From NCBI GenBank assembly GCA_903873415.1, contig CAIQOK010000067.1, positions 13,967 to 77,966 on the forward strand: a stretch of 64,000 nt of DNA, written 5' to 3'. A program made the translations under genes and the position numbers. Position 1 is the first letter of the stretch. Each line of letters begins with the position of its first letter. Under the pieces are notes generated by a model. That model worked only from the letters and a program-made list of their open reading frames with translations. It was not told the DNA's origin and did no database searches. This document shows positions 54,301 through 61,700 of the stretch, one piece after another. The DNA comes from an uncultured Verrucomicrobiota bacterium. GTDB lineage: Bacteria > Verrucomicrobiota > Verrucomicrobiia > Limisphaerales > CAIQOK01.

Positions 54301-54385
54301 CGATCAACTGCATCTGAACGTCGCGGGCGACAACGACCTCATCCTCCACGATCAGGATCCTGAGTTTATGAGCTGGGGGGGTCAT
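51344..54385 (-). CDS. Hybrid sensor kinase: REC - 4 PAS (second one LOV-like) - HisKA - HATPase_c - REC
   Basis: ATG 54385 (MTPPAHKLRILIVEDE). N-terminal receiver (DLVLMDIQL, IIKPF). PAS/PAC segments. H-box VAHDFNNIL, N-box LNARDAM, G-boxes DSGCGI and GTGLGL. C-terminal receiver (ILLVEDD, LLLTDMVLPDGMNG). Confidence 0.9.
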   Translation of the reverse strand: MTPPAHKLRILIVEDEVVVARDVQMQLIDLDYAVAGHATQGEKALDLVAELKPDLVLMDIQLAGPMNGITAAQIIRERFSLPVIFLTAFANDDTLALAKLAKPFGYIIKPFSERELRTVLEMAFYKHQTELKLQQSEERLRLVLEGSRDGVWDRDLIRNEAYYSARWFQMLGYEPYALKAGPQLWLELLHPEDAVRIEQYVSSVLAGQGCNYEFEARMRHRAGHYVPILARGWVVRDPEGRAVRVVGANMDLTERKQAEQALRLSDSALKAISQGVVIAGADRKIISVNSAFTAITGYFEEDAIGRNCDFLQGPGTDPQLVARIRAAFKSEQIFSGEILNYHKSGTPFWNDLMIAPLRDKDGQVTHYVGIIRDITGRKQTELELTRSCALIDSSEDAIISKTPQGLVTSWNAAAQRVFGYSEQEMLGRSLVGIFPPDRIGEEDEIIRRIQAGERISQFETLRIRKDGTCINVAATISSIKDSAGCMIGVSIIVRDITARKQAEEVLRQSEARFRELAESIREVFWVTDPGKQRMLYISPAFEAIWGRSCASLYAAPRSWLEAVHPEDREFVRRAAETKQADGSYDETYRIIRPDGELLWIHDRAFPVRNEAGELQRIVGTAEDVTERLKLEEQFRQSQKMEVVGQLAGGVAHDFNNILAVIQLQAGLLLSSCGLPPAQMELAAEIERAAQRAANLTQQLLTFSRRQNLQLRDLDLNGIVAHITKMLHRMLGENVQMVTQCHSQPLFVHADSGMLDQVLMNLTLNARDAMPKGGQLTITTTRVEFPPAAEAQSTLSRSGPFACLTVSDSGCGIDPEVLPRIFEPFFTTKDVGKGTGLGLATVFGIIQQHQGWIDVSSTPGCGSQFRIYLPLLTHPVPSQFALQPSPPMRGGSETILLVEDDSSLRLVVRSTLSFLGYRIIEAANGSSALQLWSQNRAAIRLLLTDMVLPDGMNGRELAANLQSQEPNLKVIYSSGYSAEVAGADFPLHRGVNFIPKPYQISELASTIRNCLDKE
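53261..53587 (-). other. LOV-like PAS domain inside the hybrid kinase (Cys codon TGT at 53462..53464)
   Basis: QGVVIAGADRKIISVNSAFTAITGYFEEDAIGRNCDFLQGPGTDPQLVARIRAAF...ILNYHKSGTPFWNDLMIAPLRDKDGQVTHYVGIIRDITGRK is colinear with remembered YtvA and phototropin LOV sequences (G.NCRFLQG, NY.K.G..FWN, DIT). Confidence 0.65.
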
Positions 54386-54473
54386 AACAAAAAAGGAGGG
54401 GACCGCCGAAACGGAGCCGGAGCCGCTCCCGGTGCGGATGTCGAAAAACCGGATAATCCAGGGTGTGTCAGGC

Positions 54474-57035
54474 TCATTTGGCGGGGGTGGCCGGCAGATT
54501 CGCGGCCAGCGGGGTGAAGGTGACACTAAAGGAGGCCGCCGGCCTGGCAATCAGTTCCAGCCGGCCGCCAAGTTGCATCGTCAAATCGGAAACCAACTGC
54601 AGGCCCAGAGTCTGGGCCCGCGTGGGATCAAAGTCTGGCGGCAACCCCACGCCACTATCGCTAACCAGCAGGCGGAATTCCGGCCCGCCATCCACCGGCT
54701 GGAGCTCAACCCGAATTACGCCACTCTGCTTGTCAGGGAAGCCGTGTTTGAGCGCATTGGAGATGAGCTCATTGACCAGAAGGCCGCAGGGCAATGCTTG
54801 ATCCATCACCACGTGCACCGAAGCAAGGTTCAGCTCGAGGGAGACCTGACTCGGCCATACCACCAAGGAACGGAAGCAATGGGTGCTGAGCTGCTTGAGG
54901 TATTTTCCCAGATCCACCGCTGCCAGATTTTCGGACCGGTAGAGCGATTCGTGCAGAAGCGCCATGGACCGGATGCGGCCGTGCATGTCCCCCAACACCG
55001 TCTTGGTATCCGGATCCGGACTGCGGCCGGTTTCCAGACGGAGCAGGCTGTTGATAATCTGAAGGTTGTTTTTGACCCGGTGATGCACCTCCTTGAGCAA
55101 TGCGTCCTTCTCCAGAAGGGAAAACTGCAGAGCCTGCTCGGCCTGCTCACGAGCAAAAAGCTCCTGGCGCAGAAGCACGTTGGTCTCCACCAGATTCTCC
55201 CGGGCCTGCGAGAGCCCCTCCCGCGCGCCATCCAGCCCGACGGCTGCCCTTGCAATCTCATCTTGGAGACGGTTGAAATTCAGAGCCATGTCCCCCACCT
55301 CATCGCGGGAGAAGACCTTGACGGGGAGAATCTGGAAACGGGTTTGCGCGGCCTTCAGGTCGCCCGCTGCCAGGGCGCGCATGGCCTTGGTGAACTCCGA
55401 CAGGGTGCCGCCCACCAAGCTGTTGGCCGCCTTGGACACCTCCACCGCCGAGTGGGCTATCATCCCTGGCAGTATCAATCCCACCCCGATAGTGAGCAGG
55501 GCTACGATGACGAAAATGTCTTCCAGCAATACGATGAGGGCGTTGTTCTGGGTGGGGACATGGCTAACGGCGATAAGATAACCACCTGCGTCGAGCAAGA
55601 GCACAAGCAGCATGGCCCCGGTGAGTTTCAGATGGAGAGTGCGGGCCAAGCCAGACAGGCCTTGCTTGCGACGATCCGAGAATTTCCGCCAAGCATACAG
55701 CGCCGAACCGGAATAGGCAAAGGCTATGCCGATCAGCACGGTGGGCAGTCCGAACTGCTCAAACCCCAACACCACCGTCAGCCCCCAGGCCGCGGCGGCG
55801 AAAAGTCCCAGCGCAATGGTTCCGCGCGGGGCGCGGTAGGGGCGCGGCAGATCCGGCTCATTGTGCCGCAACAACCACACCGCCACATTGGGCATGGCAA
55901 TGCCAATCAAATAGGTCAGATTGGCCGCGGCGATCAGCCAGACCGGATCCCCGATAAACAGGAAGCCAATGGACATAGAGGCGGTCAGGAGGGTTGCAAA
56001 CCAAGGGGCATCGGCGCGGTTGCGCAAGGCCAGGGATTCCGGCAGGAGACCGTCCTCGGCGAGCTGCGCCAGAACGCGGGATGCGCCCGCCAAGGGGGCC
56101 AGCGTCCCGTGCAGCATGTTAAAGGTCATAAACCAAATGGCAGCCCCCTTGGCAAAAGCCCCAAACAGCGGCGCAAAGGTGGGCCCCAATTCCATGGCCA
56201 GATCCTTGCCCATCGGCTCCGCCCCGATGGTGCCCAGCCAGACCACGGGCAGGATGATGAAGTAAAGCCCGGCCAGTGCGGCGCTGGCAAAAACCGCGCG
56301 GGGCACGTTTCGGTTGGGATCAATCGTCTCACCCACATGCGAGGTGGCCTGCTCGAAAGCGGGGGCGGCAAATCCCACCAGATAGAGCCCGGCCATCACG
56401 CTGGTCAACTGCCCGAACCAGCCCGGAAACGGCACCGTCAAATGAAAGTTCAGCGCCTGATGCCAGTCCACTTTGCCGCTGACAACAGGGATCAATGCGG
56501 AGAGAAAAGCCAAGATTCCCGAGGCGGTTGCCACGGGCATGGCCAAACGCATGACCCATTTGACCCCGCACAAATTCACAAAGGTGAACAAAAGCACAAT
56601 GCACGTTGCCAGCAGCGGCACGGGACACCCGGGGAAATACCATTGATGCAGGGCAGAAGCAGAAAGCAGGGCGGTCAAGCCGCAGGTCGGCACCCACCCC
56701 CACCAGTAACATACTCCGGTGAGATTTGCCAGAACGGGACTGTAAGGACGAAACGCCTCTGCGCAAGTGGCCGAGATGCCCCCGACGCGATTGGGATACA
56801 TGAGAACCAATTCAAGCCATCCGGGCGTGGCGGCCCAACTCAGGAGTAATCCCACAATCAACAGGGGCACCGCCGCGCTGCCCTGACCAGGAATGGCCCC
56901 CTGACCAATGAATAAAGCACCCAGAAGAAAGAGGCTTTGGTTGATCCCGCCCATGGCCACGGCCGTGGTGCCGAACCAACCCACCGTGCGAGGATGCAGG
57001 AGCGACCCGCCGGTTACGAATGAGCTTTTATTCAT
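54474..57035 (-). CDS. Fusion of an APC-superfamily amino-acid-permease-like domain with a HAMP + HisKA_2-type histidine kinase
   Basis: About 450 aa of polytopic permease-like sequence (GINQSLFLLGALFIG..., WGWVPTCG...). Two further TM segments follow, then a HAMP-like segment (FSRDEVGDMALNFNRLQDEI), a coiled coil and H-box EVHHRVKNNLQII. ATPase motifs are ELISNALKHGFP, DSGVGLP and LGLQLV. Confidence 0.85.
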   Translation of the reverse strand: MNKSSFVTGGSLLHPRTVGWFGTTAVAMGGINQSLFLLGALFIGQGAIPGQGSAAVPLLIVGLLLSWAATPGWLELVLMYPNRVGGISATCAEAFRPYSPVLANLTGVCYWWGWVPTCGLTALLSASALHQWYFPGCPVPLLATCIVLLFTFVNLCGVKWVMRLAMPVATASGILAFLSALIPVVSGKVDWHQALNFHLTVPFPGWFGQLTSVMAGLYLVGFAAPAFEQATSHVGETIDPNRNVPRAVFASAALAGLYFIILPVVWLGTIGAEPMGKDLAMELGPTFAPLFGAFAKGAAIWFMTFNMLHGTLAPLAGASRVLAQLAEDGLLPESLALRNRADAPWFATLLTASMSIGFLFIGDPVWLIAAANLTYLIGIAMPNVAVWLLRHNEPDLPRPYRAPRGTIALGLFAAAAWGLTVVLGFEQFGLPTVLIGIAFAYSGSALYAWRKFSDRRKQGLSGLARTLHLKLTGAMLLVLLLDAGGYLIAVSHVPTQNNALIVLLEDIFVIVALLTIGVGLILPGMIAHSAVEVSKAANSLVGGTLSEFTKAMRALAAGDLKAAQTRFQILPVKVFSRDEVGDMALNFNRLQDEIARAAVGLDGAREGLSQARENLVETNVLLRQELFAREQAEQALQFSLLEKDALLKEVHHRVKNNLQIINSLLRLETGRSPDPDTKTVLGDMHGRIRSMALLHESLYRSENLAAVDLGKYLKQLSTHCFRSLVVWPSQVSLELNLASVHVVMDQALPCGLLVNELISNALKHGFPDKQSGVIRVELQPVDGGPEFRLLVSDSGVGLPPDFDPTRAQTLGLQLVSDLTMQLGGRLELIARPAASFSVTFTPLAANLPATPAK

Positions 57036-57421
57036 GCTTGCCGTATCTGCAATCGAAGTAGATAGCTAAAACTCTGCGCGGATACCCACTTGTTGTCAAC
57101 AAGGCCGTCCCCATTCCCCTGCCCGGCCGGGAGGCGACTGCAAATCTCCCAAGCTCTGCAATCCGAAAAACCCCAAGACCGGAAACCCCTGCGAAATCCA
57201 AGCACCACAACTGAATAAGCATAGCAAATCCAAAGCCAATCCCCTCGAACCCGCAAAAGGCTTTTCAATACCCAGAGGGAATCCGGATTTCAAAAAACAC
57301 CCGACCAATGGGGCATATCCTCATCGGCTCAAGGAAGCAGTGACTTGACTGAAAAAGAGTGGCTACAAAGCCGTTGCTGTCAGGCAGGTTGAAACCACCC
57401 GGCTGTCTGACCCGTTTTAAT

Positions 57422-58660
57422 TCACCCTGACAGCGGAGATGTATGATCGCCATTCACTCCTTTGATTGCCCGCAACAGACCTTGGGCTGCGGCTTGGGCA
57501 AAGACGGGATCATTGATGGCGCAGTCCAACTCCCTCACCTCAATATCCGGACGAAGCCGGGACTTGAGAGTGGAGTAGAGCGCATTATCGGCCACCGGGT
57601 CATGAAAAGGCCCGCCAGGCGCGCCGATACCACTCCCTCCGCGCAGCGGCAAAAGCACCAGGACCGATCCGGTGGATCCGTTGAGTTTATCTGCCAGAAC
57701 AGCACCAAGTTGCGCGCACTCCTCCGGACTGGTGCGCATGAGGGTCACCTGCGGATTGTGCTGATAGAATTTTCGGCCGGCGAATTTTGAAGGCACCGTG
57801 GAACGCTCGCCGAAATTAACCATGTCGAGGCATCCGGTGGAAACCACCGCCGGCACGCCGTGGCGCGCGGCGGCTTCCAAGCGCGTCGCCCCCGCCGCAA
57901 GCACTCCTCCCACCAGTTCATCGGCCCACTCGGTGGTCGTCACGTCCAGCACCCCCGCAACCAGACCGGTTTCAATCAGAGATTCCATGGTGCGCCCACC
58001 CGTGCCAGTGGCGGCAAAGACGAGAACCTCATAACCGGCCGCCTCAAGGATTTTCCGCGCCTGCTCAACGCATGCGGTGGTGTTTCCGAACTGACTGGCC
58101 ACGATCACCGGTTTGTCACCGACCGGCGGCAGGGGTTGCTCTACCATCCCGCAGATGGCACCCGCCGCGCGGGCCAGAAGCATGCGGGAGAGGCGGTTCA
58201 GCCCGGCCACATCCACGATGCTCGGAAACATCACGATGTCCTTAACGCCGACATACGGTGCCACGTTGCCACTGGCCAGCGTGGAAACCATGAGCTTCGG
58301 GAAACCGACCGGCAACGCGCGCATGGCCGCCGTGGCGATCGCCGTGCCGCCCCCTCCGCCCAGCGAAATGACTCCGTCAATCCGCCTCTCCTCAACCAAC
58401 CGTGCAAGCAGGACCGGCGCACCCTCAGACATCGCCGTCACCGCCTGACCCCGATCCCGTTTGGCCGCAAGCCCCGCTGCATCCAGTCCGATGGCTGCGG
58501 CCACTTCGGTCCTGGAGATATCGGGATTAATCCCGGGCACACCCAAGGTCCCCACATCAATGATCAGGACTTGATGGCCGCGCTGACGAATGAGCTCAGC
58601 CACGAAGCCGTGCTCGGCTCCCTTGGTGTCCATCGTCCCCAGAATGGCAATCGTTTTCAT
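57422..58660 (-). CDS. UPF0261 / Tm-1-like ATP-binding protein
   Basis: MKTIAILGTMDTKGAEHGFV..., ISLGGGGGT, PKLMVSTLASG. ATG at 58660. Confidence 0.8.
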   Translation of the reverse strand: MKTIAILGTMDTKGAEHGFVAELIRQRGHQVLIIDVGTLGVPGINPDISRTEVAAAIGLDAAGLAAKRDRGQAVTAMSEGAPVLLARLVEERRIDGVISLGGGGGTAIATAAMRALPVGFPKLMVSTLASGNVAPYVGVKDIVMFPSIVDVAGLNRLSRMLLARAAGAICGMVEQPLPPVGDKPVIVASQFGNTTACVEQARKILEAAGYEVLVFAATGTGGRTMESLIETGLVAGVLDVTTTEWADELVGGVLAAGATRLEAAARHGVPAVVSTGCLDMVNFGERSTVPSKFAGRKFYQHNPQVTLMRTSPEECAQLGAVLADKLNGSTGSVLVLLPLRGGSGIGAPGGPFHDPVADNALYSTLKSRLRPDIEVRELDCAINDPVFAQAAAQGLLRAIKGVNGDHTSPLSG

Positions 58661-58707
58661 GGCGTCACGCGGCCGGGACTTGAAACCGGGCGCGCAGGAA
58701 ACTCCGG

Positions 58708-61700
58708 TCACTTGCCCGCAGACCAGAGAACTGCGTTGCGCAGAATGCGCATATAAGCCTCATGATTGTGCGCATCGCCGTCGTGTCCCAGGGTAATGCC
58801 CACAACGCGGCCTTTGGCCTGGTCCACCGTGAAGACCTGAGGATAATCCTTGCCGTCATGGGGCGAGTGCGCCGTGGCGAGGACCTTGACCGGAGGCCCC
58901 TGCGAATCGATTTCAAAGTGGTAAAGCTCGTCCTTGAGCGTGAACTTTGCCGGCACCCCCAGCATCAGCGGATGTGTGGGGGCGGATACCTGCACGTCGA
59001 ATTGGCCGTATTTGTCGTGACCGTGTGAGCCGCCCCCGATAAGGCTGCGGTTGTATTCGGGCCAATCCCGCCAGTTGTACCAAAGGCCGGGATGCAACCC
59101 GATGATTCCCCTGCCCTGTTCCAGATGGTGGAAGATGGCCGCCTTGGTGGCGGCATCGGTGAAGGGCTTGTTGTTGGAGATGATCAGCACATCCACCCCG
59201 CCGATTATGTCCGCCAAGCCGCCGGTGGTTTCCGTGTAGTTTGCGCTGATACCTCCCCCTTCGTTGAGGTTCCTGACATCAGCTCCATTGAACCAGCGCT
59301 CGAAATCATGACTCGATCCGCCGCCGATGATCAGTGTTTTCAAACCGCCGCCCCACTTGAACACGGGCACGGGGGACGCGCTGGAACTCCCGGACCCAAC
59401 CGGCAAGGCTGGACCGCCCTCACCCAGCTCGGCGGTGATGGCCACGAAAGTGGGGGCCACCTCATTTCCGTAACTGGAGATTGTCAGCTTCTCCACCATG
59501 CCGCGCTGCTTGAGCGCCTTGACGAAGTAACGCACCTGCCGCCCCTGTTGAAGGAGTTGATCGAGATTTTCCAGCGCTTCCGAGCCGGGCACATCGATAT
59601 GGGCTATGTAATCGGCGATCTCGACGCCGTTGCGCAGAACAATCTCCTCAATCGCACCACCGGCAAAGTGAACCAACACCTTGGCTGCCGGCTCATTATT
59701 CTTTCCGCCCGGAAACCCCCAACCGGCCACACCGCCCAGAAAATGCAGCTTGGTGGCCGGCAAACCCACCTTGACCTCAACCTGACGAGGATAGGTCTGG
59801 GACAGGCCGGTGCCGCCTTGGAGGACAATCACGTTCTTGCCCGTGGCGGTGCGTTGGGGATTGATGACATCAAAGGACACCTCGCGATGCTTAACGGCGC
59901 CCCAGCGTTTGAAACGCAATGATTCTTCCCGTGATTCAATGGATTGATAAATCCCCCGCGCCGTGCTGGCGGTGAAGGCCGATGTGAGGTCCAGCATGCG
60001 GAACCGGCGCTCGTCGGCGCAAAGGTAGGAGAGCAAATCACGCAACCCCTCAGCCCCAAGCTGCTCAAAGCCCTCAGGCATGAGGGAACGGGTCGTGTCC
60101 CGACGCGTCTTGATGTTGTCCTTGCGTATCTCCATCTCCCCGGTCTGATTGCGAAGAACCACCACCTTGCCGTTCTCCCGCAGCACAATGCCATCAAAGC
60201 TCAGATCGTCCTTGGTTTCGATGCTGACGGTATAGAAATTCGGTTCAACCACGCGGTTTGGATCCACAATATGAACCAGCAGCTCCCCGGGGCCATGCGC
60301 GCCCATCCCGTTGAGATTGGGGGCGAAGTTGGCCCCCTGCCCCTTGAAATTGTGGCAGGGGGTGCACGACTGGGAAAATATCCGGGCCCCATTGGTCACA
60401 TTGCCCGGCTTGACAACCTCGGGCCGCAGCTTGGCTATCAGCAGGTCCTTCTCCTTATGCTCCGGTCCGCTCAATTGGTCGATGACGCGGTTGGCCTCCG
60501 CAGCCACAGCGGGATCGGCATGAGTCCGTAGCCGATAGAGATTTGCCAGGCCGAGCAGGGCCGGATCAAGCTTGTGCTCCGCCAGAGCGGCAACCACCGC
60601 CGCCGACCAATCGGCCCGGCGGATCAATTGCCCGAACGCGGCTTCACGCAACTCGAAGGATAACCTGGGCAAAGCCGAAACCAAGGTCCGGCCGACAGCC
60701 GGCTCAGCGATCGCACCAAGGGCCTGAATGACCCTGATCTGCAATGCGGGACTGGCATCACCGGCCACCAGCGAGGCCACCGCCGGCAAAATCCCCGGGT
60801 CCACAGCGCGCACCCCGAGCAAATCGGCGGCGAGTTGCCCGCGCTGGGCATCCGCCAAAGACTTGTCCAACAATTGGGCCTCCAATCGCGTGATGGTTGG
60901 GCGAATTGTGGCGCCGAGCTGGCCGGCCAGATTCCATTCACCAACCAGCGGCATGGCCGCTCCGGCCGTGAGATCCGAGGCGAGCAGCCGGCCCAGAGCG
61001 ACGGCCAAAGCGGAATCGGCAACGGGTTTGACATCATGCCGCAAGTTGGCCCGGAGCGACTGAAGTGCCAGCGCCTTGTATTCGTCCACAGCCGGGGGCT
61101 GGTCAGCCAGCACAACCAACAAGGCCCGAACGGATTCCGGGTTGTTTTGATTGGCCACCTGCCGGGCCAGATGCGTGATCATGGATGCCGCCAACGCTGG
61201 GTTCCCGGCTGAAAGAGCCGCGCTGAGATACAACAGCGGCGCCTTGACCGTCATTGCCAGCGCCGCAGTCTCAAGATGGGGGTTTTTGAAGGAGGGCCAT
61301 GCCTCAACCAAGGCCGCCGCCAGGGCCGCATTAGGCGTCAACGTGCCACATCCTATCAGCGCCCAGACCCGAACCCGTTGATCCGGATCAGCCAGCAGGG
61401 AGCGAATCACTTCAATCGGGGGGGTAACAGCGGAGTTGTCCTGCTCGGCTCCGATCCGCAATGCGTTTTTACGAATCAGCGCCTCGGGATCCCGGATGGC
61501 ACCGGCAAGCAGTTCAGGTTTGAGGAGGTTGAGATTATGCAAAACCCAGAGGGCCTGCATGCGTCCATAACCCGTGCGGGCCTTGCCGGCCTTGGCATTG
61601 AGCGCATCCTCAGCACCCCGCCCGGCCCCCTCGCTCAAGAGACGGTTGGCCGTCGTGCGCACCCATCCATTGGGATGATCCAGCATTTCCACCAGACCAG

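Noticed and set aside
54432-56849. 805-aa plus-strand ORF, plus similar long ORFs at 44795..46036 (+), 49822..51411 (+), 10211..11260 (+), 12031..13071 (-), 13907..14803 (-), 17225..18244 (+) and 40232..41338 (+).
   Set aside because: Each lies antisense or out of frame to a gene with clear family motifs. Each is R/G/P/H/Q-rich, which is typical of shadow ORFs in GC-rich DNA.
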